A stretch of DNA of 64,000 bases from an uncultured virus (IMG/VR IMGVR_UViG_3300025133_000083) (taxonomy: Duplodnaviria > Heunggongvirae > Uroviricota > Caudoviricetes). Location of the stretch: IMG/VR virus record IMGVR_UViG_3300025133_000083. One strand, written 5' to 3'. This document shows positions 40,079-49,439 of this stretch, in pieces. The translations under genes were made by a program, and so were the position numbers. The notes under the pieces were generated by a model, which had not been told where the DNA came from, did not search any database, and saw only the letters and a list, made by a program, of their open reading frames with translations. Within the stretch, counting starts at the first letter, position 1, and each line of letters opens with the position of its first letter.

Positions 40079-40854
40079 TAACTCTAGCAACAGTAGGAGC
40101 ATTTTTATCCAAGTTCGGAATTCCGTTACTTGAGTTCTTGAAAAAGAATTGGAAACAATTATTCGTAGGGGGGCTTATTCTTTGGGTGGTCATCTGCTAC
40201 ATGTCGCATTGTAGAGGATACTCCCCCTTTGGAGGAGGGGGTTCAGATACTCTTTCGGTTGAAATAGATACGGTATGGATTCAGCCCGACACCAATCTTA
40301 TTATCCATCTGAAGGGGTTCGACACCATTCCTGAAGTTGTTTATGTAGACGAAACTCCTAATTGGGGAATTCCTGCTACTAATTTCGAAGACGCTAAGAA
40401 TTGTAAGGACAGTCTTATTCTACTTCGGGAAACCCTGTTCGCAGCCAATTACATCCTAGACCAATGCGACAGCCTATACAGATGGCATACCGCTAGAAGG
40501 GTGTATAATGACACTGTTTCCAACGACAGTATTAAGCTGTATGCGGAAACGATAGTAAAGGGGTTCAGAATAGGAGAACCGACAATCGGATACACTTGGC
40601 TCCGCCCTCAACCTGTAATAACCAAAACAATTACCCTTATTGATACAGTGGGTCCATTCAGGAAGATATATGTAGGAGCAGGGCTTGGTCCGAGATTGCC
40701 TTGGGAGAGCGATAGGCTTGACGCTATTGTAGGTTCTGTCGGTGTAGGTTATACCGATAGGAAGAACAATAGTTATGGGCTTAGAGGCGATTTCTCGCAG
40801 AAAGATTATTCTGTATTGTTCGAGTACAAAAAGAGTTTCAATATAGGGCGGTAA
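40075..40854 (+). CDS. Membrane-anchored protein, spanin-like candidate
   Basis: N-terminal TM helix, DT[VIL] repeats, C-terminal amphipathic beta strands. Confidence 0.45.
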   Translation: MITLATVGAFLSKFGIPLLEFLKKNWKQLFVGGLILWVVICYMSHCRGYSPFGGGGSDTLSVEIDTVWIQPDTNLIIHLKGFDTIPEVVYVDETPNWGIPATNFEDAKNCKDSLILLRETLFAANYILDQCDSLYRWHTARRVYNDTVSNDSIKLYAETIVKGFRIGEPTIGYTWLRPQPVITKTITLIDTVGPFRKIYVGAGLGPRLPWESDRLDAIVGSVGVGYTDRKNNSYGLRGDFSQKDYSVLFEYKKSFNIGR

Positions 40855-40910
40855 CTACTCGTTTCTTATCGTTATTATGCTTTATTTGCTTTTGTTTAAA
40901 GTGAAACACA

Positions 40911-40918
40911 TATATTTG
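40911..40918 (+). promoter_or_regulatory. Bacteroidota-type -7 promoter element (TATATTTG)
   Basis: TAnnTTTG ahead of the second long non-coding region. Confidence 0.6.
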
Positions 40919-40923
40919 TACTT

Positions 40924-41302
40924 CCCTTACGGGTTTTTCTTTCAGGAAAATTAGCCTTAGCAGAAATGTTGGGGCTTTTTTTATAGATTTGTTGGACATA
41001 CATTTCGGTGTTACCGACAAGTTGACCGAAAGTTCCTGAAAGAAACGAAAAACCTCAACTTACGTACCGAGTAAGAAAACCCTTAATCCGAGCAATGACG
41101 CCCTACTGTCAACTCGGTCTATAGAACAGACGCTATATCGCGGAGTAAGTAAAAGGGTTAGAGTCGTAAAAGAGTAATGTGAGCGAAGATATAGATGTAA
41201 GAGGAGGCTCACTCGTATGACGACCATTATTGCTTTTCAGCCATTCATCCCCGTATGTTTGTATAGAGTAGGTGTGGACTTTTCTCTAAAAAAAGCTGAA
41301 AA
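40924..41302 (+). ncRNA. Putative structured ncRNA B
   Basis: About 510-nt gap with no credible ORF. Stems TTTCTTTCAGGAA/TTCCTGAAAGAAA, AACCCTT/AAGGGTT, CCGAG/CTCGG, GTGAGC/GCTCAC, TTTTCAGC/GCTGAAAA. Confidence 0.5.
40953..40982 (+). terminator. Terminator-like hairpin
   Basis: AGCCTTAGCA-GAAA-TGTTGGGGCT followed by a T run. Confidence 0.7.
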
Positions 41303-41322
41303 TATACTACTCGATTTTTGTA

Positions 41323-41330
41323 TATCTTTG
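41323..41330 (+). promoter_or_regulatory. Bacteroidota-type -7 promoter element (TATCTTTG)
   Basis: TAnnTTTG upstream of the tail-fibre genes. Confidence 0.6.
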
Positions 41331-41363
41331 TTTACGAAAATTCCTATTTAAGAATAAATACTG

Positions 41364-42203
41364 ATGGCAGAAGTTAAGCCTAAACTTGGAGTGTGTTTTT
41401 CGTGTTGTAACGAAGATTTCACTCTATCTGACCAAACAGGTCTTTATGACGCAACATTAAACCCCTATGCTTGGGGAGAGAATGGTTCAGGAGATAATAT
41501 TGAACCGCAGGACATAATGTCTTCAGGTCTTACTATCACATCTCCACAAGGAACAGTCTACGGAACATATCCATTACATGCTTTAAGTCAAGAAACAGGC
41601 GGTTTTACCGTTCCTGCTGTAGACGCAACAGTTTCAATAGCTACTTCTACTACAAGTCCATTCTATACGGGTTGGATGTCGGTGGGATTACCTATTTATA
41701 TTGAGGGAGCAGGAGTTTACACGATAGATTCATTCACTTCGAATACAGCAGTTGTAAAGAATACAGGCGCTACAGGCAATACGGCTCCAACAACAGCTAT
41801 TTCAGCAGGAAAGAACATCGGTATTGAAGCTCTAGGGAGTTTACTTGGGTATTCTATTACAATAGATCCAACAAACATTCTAGGAACAGGAGAGGGAGAA
41901 GCTTTTTCAGACGGGATGTGGAGATTTGATTGGTCCATGCAAGGGGAATACGGTTCAAGCGTTGCCTTCCATGCAAGATGCGTTGTAGACAGACTTCCTT
42001 TGTGTGCTGTTGAGCTTTGTGTAGATAAGCTTGCGGCTAAAGGGCATTGTAAGTGTGATGGAAAAGGAGATTTAAAGGCGCAAAACGCCCACTTAACACT
42101 TGTAGCTACAAAAGGGGCTTGGGATAGCGGTCAAAAAGAAATCGCTGTCGGTCACCTTTCCACGCTACAGGATATTTGTAACAACAATTGTAAAAACTGT
42201 TAA
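41364..42203 (+). CDS. Putative tail hub/fibre-attachment protein
   Basis: T/S/G-rich with Cys-rich termini; DQTGLY...NPYAWG N-terminus. Confidence 0.5.
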   Translation: MAEVKPKLGVCFSCCNEDFTLSDQTGLYDATLNPYAWGENGSGDNIEPQDIMSSGLTITSPQGTVYGTYPLHALSQETGGFTVPAVDATVSIATSTTSPFYTGWMSVGLPIYIEGAGVYTIDSFTSNTAVVKNTGATGNTAPTTAISAGKNIGIEALGSLLGYSITIDPTNILGTGEGEAFSDGMWRFDWSMQGEYGSSVAFHARCVVDRLPLCAVELCVDKLAAKGHCKCDGKGDLKAQNAHLTLVATKGAWDSGQKEIAVGHLSTLQDICNNNCKNC

Positions 42204-42205
42204 AA

Positions 42206-43123
42206 ATGAGTTGTACAGGATGTAACGGAGGTTGCGATGATTGCGGAGGTATACAATGTGGCACAGGAGCCGCAGGTCTTGACGGGTTGAACGCTTTCAC
42301 AGAAACAACAGGAACCTTCCTTCAACCTGCTTTCGGTGATCCCGCTATAAAAATAGATGTATCTGCTATCTCGCAGTTTACAGGGATTTGGGCGCAAGTA
42401 GGTCAAATAATATTCATTGAAGGTGCAGGGTACTTCACTATTGTAACAAGTACAACCACTGTTATTACCGTCATTGTTCCTTCAGCTACGATACAAGCGA
42501 TAAACTACGCTATAGCAGCAGGAGGCTCAACAATTGCAATCGGTTCAGGGGTAAGCCCTGCGGGAGTAGAGGGTCCAATAGGTGTAACGGGTCCAACGGG
42601 TCCTGTTGATGAATCTGTAATAGCTCTTGACACAACTTACACAGGCGGAAACACCACAACGAATGCAGGTCTTACATTGATGAAGACCACTACAATAGAT
42701 GCTAATACACTGCAAAGTGTAGGAGATATTCTTAGGGTTGAAATTGATGTTATAGGTGATGCTGCTCCTGTTATATTGTTATCGAATTACTCTCTTACTA
42801 TTGAGTTTGACGGGAACTTAATGTTCAATTTCGCTAATCAGATTTCGCAAAATGCCAATGGAATTAAACTCACGATTGACATTTGTGTGACAGCTATAAA
42901 TCAAGTTACTCCATACGTTAATTACGCATTAGGGATTGGGGTTAGGGCGCAACAGAAAATAACGAACATAGCAGGAGGTTCAGGTCACTTTTTTGACCCT
43001 GCGTTACAGGCGGCAATAACACTTAGTTCTAGTGCTGACCTGAAGATCTATTTAGCGTCTTCGAGTGGTTCTAATAGCGTTTCAATTACCCACTACAAGG
43101 TCACAAAACTGTTAAAACCATAA
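42206..43123 (+). CDS. Putative tail fibre protein
   Basis: Cys-rich N-terminus and short collagen-like GxxGxx repeats. Confidence 0.55.
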   Translation: MSCTGCNGGCDDCGGIQCGTGAAGLDGLNAFTETTGTFLQPAFGDPAIKIDVSAISQFTGIWAQVGQIIFIEGAGYFTIVTSTTTVITVIVPSATIQAINYAIAAGGSTIAIGSGVSPAGVEGPIGVTGPTGPVDESVIALDTTYTGGNTTTNAGLTLMKTTTIDANTLQSVGDILRVEIDVIGDAAPVILLSNYSLTIEFDGNLMFNFANQISQNANGIKLTIDICVTAINQVTPYVNYALGIGVRAQQKITNIAGGSGHFFDPALQAAITLSSSADLKIYLASSSGSNSVSITHYKVTKLLKP

Positions 43124-43124
43124 A

Positions 43125-44159
43125 ATGAGTTCTATTAAACAAATACCTATAGGAGAAATAGCCCTTACAACGGGAACTACCGTAAATGTAAGTTCAGGGG
43201 ATGTTACCGCAGCCCCTTTTATGATTGCTGACATTCCTAGCGTTTACAGGGTAACGGGTTCGGAGACCTTAAGTGTTGCAGATTTTGTGATTACAATTTC
43301 AGCGGCTAGTGGTCCAACTAAGAACACAAAGGTTGATATTCTTTGGGAGGCTGTATGTGTTCCTGCTTCTAACGATGTGATTATTGCAGGTGCAACTATA
43401 CCTCAATCTATTGTAGGGGGAAACTTCAAAGCGGAATGCACATATAACGGTTCATCTTGGACTGTGATGATATTCCCTGATTGGGAAGTGGCTTCTATTG
43501 TTGGTCCTGATAGACTAGCAACAGATTCGGTTGAAACAGCAAAAGTAAAAGACGATGCAATTACTACTGTTAAAGTGATTGATGACGCTATTACTATTGC
43601 TAAGATGGCAGGGCTTGCTAAGGGAAGTGTAATTATAGGAGATGCAAGTGGAGACCCTTCCGCTGTAAGTCTTGCTTCAGATGCAAAACTTCTTATTGGA
43701 GATACGGCATTAGGGTATCAAGTAGCTGTAATGAGTGGGGATGCCTCCATGTCTAAGTCGGGGGCGGTGTCTATTGCGAATTCAGCCATTGACACAATAA
43801 AACTAGACGCTTCACTTAAAGAGGAAATCATTGTTGTTCCTGTTTCTTTCGAGACAGGCGAACAAGGCGATAATAAGATAAAGATGCCTTACGGGGGAAC
43901 CGTAAACCATATTTACGCTATCGCTACAAAAGCAATAGCAGGTACGGACGATGCGACCATTGTATTGAAAGATAACGCAGGTACGACCATGACAGACGGA
44001 ACGATAACGTTTTCCGCTTCAGATGCAATAGGAACAGCATACACAGACGACCCATCCGCCAACAACACATTCGCTGACACGGAAGTTATTTATCTCACGA
44101 CATCTAAGGTAACCGCAGGAGGAAAGGCTTTGGTGTCTATCCATATTACTAGGTCTTAA
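43125..44159 (+). CDS. Putative tail fibre protein
   Basis: DDAITTVKV / DSVETAKV-type fibre repeats. Confidence 0.55.
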   Translation: MSSIKQIPIGEIALTTGTTVNVSSGDVTAAPFMIADIPSVYRVTGSETLSVADFVITISAASGPTKNTKVDILWEAVCVPASNDVIIAGATIPQSIVGGNFKAECTYNGSSWTVMIFPDWEVASIVGPDRLATDSVETAKVKDDAITTVKVIDDAITIAKMAGLAKGSVIIGDASGDPSAVSLASDAKLLIGDTALGYQVAVMSGDASMSKSGAVSIANSAIDTIKLDASLKEEIIVVPVSFETGEQGDNKIKMPYGGTVNHIYAIATKAIAGTDDATIVLKDNAGTTMTDGTITFSASDAIGTAYTDDPSANNTFADTEVIYLTTSKVTAGGKALVSIHITRS

Positions 44160-44169
44160 ATGAAATGAA

Positions 44170-44805
44170 ATGAGACTCACATCTTACAACGTAGCAGTAA
44201 AAGCCCTTAACGCAGGAAGTTGTCTTTCTCAAATAGTAGGGTATATGTGGGATTTCGAAGAGCAGGGTGACGTTAAACACGCTCAATGCGCTAGAGAGAA
44301 GGCTTTACTACTTGATGCGCTTATATGCGCTCTAAAGAGATGGAAGCCTACAATCGACAATGCTTATTACTACACATACACATCTACATACGTTTCAGGA
44401 GATTATGCAATACCAATTCAGTTATTTTCACTATCTGCAAATGGCATAAACCTAATGTCTACCGAGCCGATAATCGAAGTTGGGGGGTATGTTGAAGTTC
44501 ACGATGCTCTTGCTTACGCTGTCAATACAGCTATATCGAAAAATGACGATATAATTTCAGTAGACATAACGAAACTGAATGACGATGTTTATTTAGCGGA
44601 AGTTCTTTTCGATGCAGAATACTTCGGTTCTACTACAATTACAGGCGGTTCGGGCATTTTAAAAAGCGTTCCAAGCGTTCCTGTTCCTGTTACTACGTCA
44701 ACAAGTACCACTTCAGTTTCATCTCCTCAATCAGTTAAGGGGCTTACGAATGATGAAGTGTATGCTATTATAAAGAAAATTGACGAAATTTGTGAAAACC
44801 TTTAA
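44170..44805 (+). CDS. Putative tail hub-type structural protein
   Basis: Position; helical termini ending LTNDEVYAIIKKIDEIC. Confidence 0.4.
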   Translation: MRLTSYNVAVKALNAGSCLSQIVGYMWDFEEQGDVKHAQCAREKALLLDALICALKRWKPTIDNAYYYTYTSTYVSGDYAIPIQLFSLSANGINLMSTEPIIEVGGYVEVHDALAYAVNTAISKNDDIISVDITKLNDDVYLAEVLFDAEYFGSTTITGGSGILKSVPSVPVPVTTSTSTTSVSSPQSVKGLTNDEVYAIIKKIDEICENL

Positions 44806-44816
44806 GACAAAATAAA

Positions 44817-45431
44817 ATGACATTAGTACGCAAAGGAGGCTCATTATACCCACTTATGGGAGGAAGCCCTAAAATAGAAGGGATCGGAGAGGGAGTTAAT
44901 GACAACGATGTGTTAGTCAAAAGCCAACTAGGAGGCGTAACATTTACAGGGGGAGACGTATCAACTTCAGGAGATATTTCGGGAGCAGATGTTTCTGCAT
45001 CGTCTTTATCTCTTTCGGATAATGTTGTAGAAAGGTCTTTAGAGGTCACTATTTCAAAAGCGAACATCTTAGCAATGAATGGAACACCTGTAGAGGTTGT
45101 TCCCGCTGTTGCAGGAGCGTCTATTGAATTTGTTTCAGCAGTACTTATATACGATTACGATACCGCAGGATACGGAGGCGGAGGGGTTGTTACTCTTGAG
45201 TATTCAGGAGGAGCCGCTGTTACCACTACCATTTCCGCAGCAAACTCTTTTGGAGCTTCAGGCGACAAGGTATTCAGTATGATGAGATTGAACGCAGCAG
45301 GAGGATACACAATGCCTGTTAATACTCCTTTAGATATTACTAATGCTACAGGCGCTTTCACAGACGGAGGAACTTCAGCAGGAGTAGGTAGATTGCACGT
45401 TACATACAGGGTTCACACAACGAATCTGTAA
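44817..45431 (+). CDS. Putative structural/fibre protein
   Basis: G/T/A-rich beta protein, last of the plus-strand structural block. Confidence 0.45.
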   Translation: MTLVRKGGSLYPLMGGSPKIEGIGEGVNDNDVLVKSQLGGVTFTGGDVSTSGDISGADVSASSLSLSDNVVERSLEVTISKANILAMNGTPVEVVPAVAGASIEFVSAVLIYDYDTAGYGGGGVVTLEYSGGAAVTTTISAANSFGASGDKVFSMMRLNAAGGYTMPVNTPLDITNATGAFTDGGTSAGVGRLHVTYRVHTTNL

Positions 45432-45779
45432 TCAGAACCTTCCATTACTATCGTGACATGTAGGCTCTTCAGGAGGGTCAACAACGGGCGGTTCCACAAC
45501 GGGAGTTGGTTTAGGTTGTTCTCCCCCGTAATAAGCCGCTGCATTACTTGCTCCGAATAATCCAATTAAGGTCACCATTCCTGCAATGTATTCCCCTGTT
45601 GACATTCTAGGGTACATGTGAATGTAGGTCATGTCGAAGCATATTTCGTAATAGTCAAACAACATAAAAGCCGTTATCTGAGGGTATTGAAGAAGGTAAA
45701 CAACAGTAAGTATTAGCATTACCGCTAAAGTAGCTGCCGATTTACGACCCCCACTCTTCATTATCTTGTACATGCTCAT
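45432..45779 (-). CDS. Two-TM membrane protein, holin candidate
   Basis: GGRK followed by two hydrophobic helices. Start placed at the ATGA overlap with the upstream gene. Confidence 0.45.
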   Translation of the reverse strand: MSMYKIMKSGGRKSAATLAVMLILTVVYLLQYPQITAFMLFDYYEICFDMTYIHMYPRMSTGEYIAGMVTLIGLFGASNAAAYYGGEQPKPTPVVEPPVVDPPEEPTCHDSNGRF

Positions 45780-46120
45780 TCCTCCTTGCCTTTCTGTCGG
45801 TTCATCCATTCTATGACTTCAGCCATCTGCTCTCTTAAGGGATTGACCATTCTTTGCATTTTCGCCTTTACTTCTGAATCCCCATCTTCTATTTCATTAT
45901 GCAGGTCTTTCTCAAGGTCGTAAATGGCTGCTTTCATCTCCTCTTCCTCTTCAGTAGCATTCTCCTTTATAAGTTTTATCTCTAGGGATTGGACCTTATC
46001 ATTAGCTTGCATACCACGAAACTCACCATACCCTATCCCTAATAGAATGAACATCCCAAAAGAACCAACAATTTGCTTGTTGTTCAGCCAATACTTGTCA
46101 GCTACATTTTCACCACTCAT
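45776..46120 (-). CDS. Single-TM protein with coiled coil
   Basis: IVGSFGMFILLGIGYG followed by an E/K-rich helix. Confidence 0.55.
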   Translation of the reverse strand: MSGENVADKYWLNNKQIVGSFGMFILLGIGYGEFRGMQANDKVQSLEIKLIKENATEEEEEMKAAIYDLEKDLHNEIEDGDSEVKAKMQRMVNPLREQMAEVIEWMNRQKGKEE

Positions 46121-46569
46121 AATCCTGCAATATTGGTTAGGTCAATATGGGAACCAACCATAACTACAGGTTTGTCTCCATCCCACTTGATAACCTCACC
46201 TCTACAAATGAATTTCTTAACACTCCCGTCTTTGCAATAGTAGTTCACTACCTGATGATACTTGTGTTCTCCTTTTGTTGCTACATACTCTTCAAAATTC
46301 TTATTGGCTATCTCAAGATCTTCAGGGAAGATGAGCTTTTGCCACATTGAGGGGTGATTGGGGAAATCTTCATCCGTGTAACCTAGAGCAGCCTTGAATT
46401 TAGGCGACATGTATTCGTAATCTTCACTTATATACCAAACCCAAAAACCATCTGTAGCGCCTTCAAACCCCTTTTCTAGGGTCTTAATGTCGTTGAGGTG
46501 TTTAGTGTTCTTGTCGGTTACCTTTTTGAGTAACGATTGGATGTTTATGTCTTTTAAACGGTCATCCAT
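46117..46569 (-). CDS. Stand-alone PAS/PAC domain protein
   Basis: DGFWVW...SPKFKAALGY...WQKLIFPED...KDGSVK...RG...MVGSHIDLT matches the PAS_3 consensus. Probable start MDDRL. Confidence 0.85.
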   Translation of the reverse strand: MDDRLKDINIQSLLKKVTDKNTKHLNDIKTLEKGFEGATDGFWVWYISEDYEYMSPKFKAALGYTDEDFPNHPSMWQKLIFPEDLEIANKNFEEYVATKGEHKYHQVVNYYCKDGSVKKFICRGEVIKWDGDKPVVMVGSHIDLTNIAGL

Positions 46570-46750
46570 GACAGCGTTTTCTAACAATACTGTCAATCAA
46601 AGTTAGACGGTTCTCGATTCTGTTCAAGTGGGCTGCTGATTTCTTAAACAGGTCGTCAATTATCTTAGCTTTCTGTTCGCTATTGGCTTTAGCTTCAGCA
46701 AGATCCGACTTCGTTTCGTCAATCATGGTCAATAGTTCTTTCTTGCTCAT
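46562..46750 (-). CDS. Small coiled-coil protein
   Basis: 62 aa, overlaps both neighbours. Confidence 0.55.
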   Translation of the reverse strand: MSKKELLTMIDETKSDLAEAKANSEQKAKIIDDLFKKSAAHLNRIENRLTLIDSIVRKRCHG

Positions 46751-47073
46751 GAGTCTACCTGTTTTTCAAGTTCATCTAATATCATTTCCAACTTGGTCCT
46801 GTATTTAACCTTGTCAGCCCTTTCGTCACTTAGCTTTTCACGAAGTTCAACCTCAACGGTCTTCTGTCTTTCGATGTCTTTTCGCATATCTTCAATCGTG
46901 TCAAGTAATACCTTGTCTCCGTTTTCGGATTTCTCAAGCTCCTTCAGCTTCTTAGCTTTCCGTTCCTCACTCCAACCTTTAAATAGGATTGCGAGTATTT
47001 CACGAACCCCTAAAGCGCCAAAAATTGCAACTACAACGGCAATCCATGTCGGCAACCCTGCTTCATTTCCCAT
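46747..47073 (-). CDS. N-terminal TM plus coiled-coil protein (holin/chaperone-like)
   Basis: WIAVVVAIFGALGV followed by heptad repeats. Confidence 0.55.
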   Translation of the reverse strand: MGNEAGLPTWIAVVVAIFGALGVREILAILFKGWSEERKAKKLKELEKSENGDKVLLDTIEDMRKDIERQKTVEVELREKLSDERADKVKYRTKLEMILDELEKQVDS

Positions 47074-47099
47074 ACGTTCATATTCCTGATTTCGTTTTG

Positions 47100-47456
47100 T
47101 TAATCTTCATCTATGGCTTCTATTGCATGATCCTTCCCAAGAACATTTAAAGCCTTAGCAAACCCAATTCCAAATGGCGTAAGCGTTTTATCTCTTAAAT
47201 TTCTACCTGTAACGTCTGATGTACTGTCGTCTTCATCTCCGAACTGATAGCCGTATTTCTTTATCAATAGGTCATTACCGAATTCTTGACCCCAAACATT
47301 TTGTAAATGCGACCAAAGAACCGCTGATTTTTTCAGCTTGCGGTCAAGTAACCTCCAAAAGCGTTTAGTGAGGATGTATCGTAAAGAATAAGCGAACCCG
47401 ATTAAAATCCCTATCGGAAAAGCTATATTGGCTAATATGACAAGGACGATACCCAT
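47100..47456 (-). CDS. Phage membrane protein of unknown function
   Basis: N-terminal TM; FGDEDDSTSDVTGRN...TLT...DH pattern recalled from tail/lysis regions. Confidence 0.55.
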   Translation of the reverse strand: MGIVLVILANIAFPIGILIGFAYSLRYILTKRFWRLLDRKLKKSAVLWSHLQNVWGQEFGNDLLIKKYGYQFGDEDDSTSDVTGRNLRDKTLTPFGIGFAKALNVLGKDHAIEAIDED

Positions 47457-47866
47457 TACTCTGTCAATGGAGTGATTTCTGCTATAGCTATCTCTCTTGG
47501 GGAAGGACTTTCAGCACTTTGTCTCATATCCCACCAAGGAAGAACTGAATCAGTTACCTCTGTCAAAAGAACATCCGAACCGCTACTTATGAAAGCAGCA
47601 AGTAAAGGTTCTGCGCCTACATACCATGCTGTAATGTAGGGTCTAAGAGCAAGAGGGCTTTCAGCAGCTTGGTCTTTCAACGACTTTACCACATCAACCC
47701 TACCTTCCCATTTCTGAAAGTCGGTCTTAACAGGAATAGGTTCTTCGTCATACCACTTCCATCCTTCATGCTCAATCTTGTTATCTTCACTCAGGACTAC
47801 TCCATCAGGGAATGCAATCCCGTTGGACGATATGTATTCATTATCTGCGTTTAGTTTGTAAAACAT
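47456..47866 (-). CDS. Hypothetical protein (tail-fibre associated)
   Basis: 136 aa directly downstream of the repeat protein. Confidence 0.5.
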   Translation of the reverse strand: MFYKLNADNEYISSNGIAFPDGVVLSEDNKIEHEGWKWYDEEPIPVKTDFQKWEGRVDVVKSLKDQAAESPLALRPYITAWYVGAEPLLAAFISSGSDVLLTEVTDSVLPWWDMRQSAESPSPREIAIAEITPLTE

Positions 47867-47870
47867 GGCT

Positions 47871-49091
47871 TTAAGTTACGACTGTCCAATTCTTTGCGGT
47901 AGCTATGCTTGTATCACAAGTAGCTGCGCCTATATTATTAGTTACGGTTACTGTTTGTCCTGTACCGTCACCTAAGTTCGTGAACATTTCGTTTATTTCA
48001 TCTTCGCCTAATAGGTTTCGATTTACTGTAAACGTCTTGGTTAATCCTGTTGCCAAAAATCGCTTCATATTTAATCCGTTGAAAGTATTTGTTGTTGGCG
48101 CAGTTGTCACACCACTCAAATCCCAAGCAGGGACAATAGAGGGCGACTTCATTTTTAATGTTTGCCTAAATATTTCCGCAATAGTAGTAACTGCACTTGT
48201 ATCCCAATCGGCAGGAAGCACAGCTATGCCGCATTCTCTAAATGCGCTGCTCATGTTGGTACATGATGAAGATATTGGTACGGTGTATTCAATAGACTTC
48301 AACCCTAGAGTGCTTTGAAATATACCGTACACGGTAGTTACATTAGATAAATCAGTGAATTTTGCAATAGGTAGAGAAGTGCATGAACTAAACATTGAAG
48401 CTAATGTATTTGCGCTTGACGTGTCGTATGTAGGCGTTTCTATTAGTTGCGTGTTGAAGTAGTGAAAGTTACTGAATGTTGTGAAATTTGAAGTGTCTAA
48501 CGCCACCACCTTTTTCAACGCTCTTAAAACATAGAAAAAGTATTGTCCATTAGTAACCGAATTAGAGCCTACCCATTCAAATTGCTCTAAATAATCAAAG
48601 AAAATACCTGTATTACCATTAATATTCCTTGTGTTCCACGTAGCAATGGAACTACCTGCCATGCGTATGTCCAATAACGGTGTTGAGTATCTGACTGCAT
48701 TTGCAAGAGCAGTGTGCTTCTGATTAAGGTCAACCGCAGTAAATACGCTGCCGCCTGTAGTTGGGGTAACTGACACGATACACTGTCTGTACCCTCTTGT
48801 AGTGAGGTCATCTACATCAGCGTAGTCATAGAAGTGTTCAGCCCATGTTCCACTTGTAACTGTTTCCACATTGCCATCACCCCAATCAACATCATAATCT
48901 CCTGCATCACAAGTGAATTTGAATGTAAGTGGGTTACCGTAAGCATCCCAAACTGCTACTAGCGCAGTAAATCTTTGATCTGTTAACACTACCGAAGGGA
49001 GGTCTAGCCAATCACTAGGTCTTTCGTAAGGCACAACTTTACTACCACCACTTCCGCCTCTAGGTCCTGATATTCCTACTCCTACTGCCAT
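47871..49091 (-). CDS. BspA/DUF285-like leucine-rich-repeat protein with PKD-like domain, receptor-binding candidate
   Basis: VDWGDG motif. Repeats DTSNFTTFSNF, DTSSANTLASMF, DLSNVTTVYGIF, WDTSAVTTIAEIF. Confidence 0.7.
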   Translation of the reverse strand: MAVGVGISGPRGGSGGSKVVPYERPSDWLDLPSVVLTDQRFTALVAVWDAYGNPLTFKFTCDAGDYDVDWGDGNVETVTSGTWAEHFYDYADVDDLTTRGYRQCIVSVTPTTGGSVFTAVDLNQKHTALANAVRYSTPLLDIRMAGSSIATWNTRNINGNTGIFFDYLEQFEWVGSNSVTNGQYFFYVLRALKKVVALDTSNFTTFSNFHYFNTQLIETPTYDTSSANTLASMFSSCTSLPIAKFTDLSNVTTVYGIFQSTLGLKSIEYTVPISSSCTNMSSAFRECGIAVLPADWDTSAVTTIAEIFRQTLKMKSPSIVPAWDLSGVTTAPTTNTFNGLNMKRFLATGLTKTFTVNRNLLGEDEINEMFTNLGDGTGQTVTVTNNIGAATCDTSIATAKNWTVVT

Positions 49092-49094
49092 CTC

Positions 49095-49406
49095 TTATAG
49101 ATTGTAAATGACGACATCTCCTGAAGCACAGGTTATATCTGTTATCTTACTTCCTCTAGGAACACATATATACAGACCTGCCGATAAAGTAACGCCACTA
49201 AGACCGTAATCAGATAAAGCGTCAGCATCGTCAACGTAAAACTTAGAAATAACGGCATCTGTATTGGCTACAAAAGCATATCCGTTTAAACTTGCGTGTG
49301 CTGTTGTAACGGCTAGAAACTTACAGCCTCCTGAGCCTGTTATCTTGTTTACACTGTCTTCAGTGTTTCGTAGAATCGATTGCTCTACTTCTCCTGCGAT
49401 TGACAT
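49095..49406 (-). CDS. Small beta-rich structural protein
   Basis: ITDITCASGDVVIYN C-terminus; first gene of the minus-strand operon. Confidence 0.5.
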   Translation of the reverse strand: MSIAGEVEQSILRNTEDSVNKITGSGGCKFLAVTTAHASLNGYAFVANTDAVISKFYVDDADALSDYGLSGVTLSAGLYICVPRGSKITDITCASGDVVIYNL

Positions 49407-49439
49407 TTATTCAATTTTTTTACATTAAATACCTATCCC

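Noticed and set aside
14618..41363. tRNA genes in the long intergenic gaps
   Set aside because: No cloverleaf with properly placed D and T arms found by eye. The GTTCGAA near 15011 lacks a T stem.
47871..49091. Diversity-generating retroelement target
   Set aside because: No reverse transcriptase and no template/variable repeat pair seen in the window.
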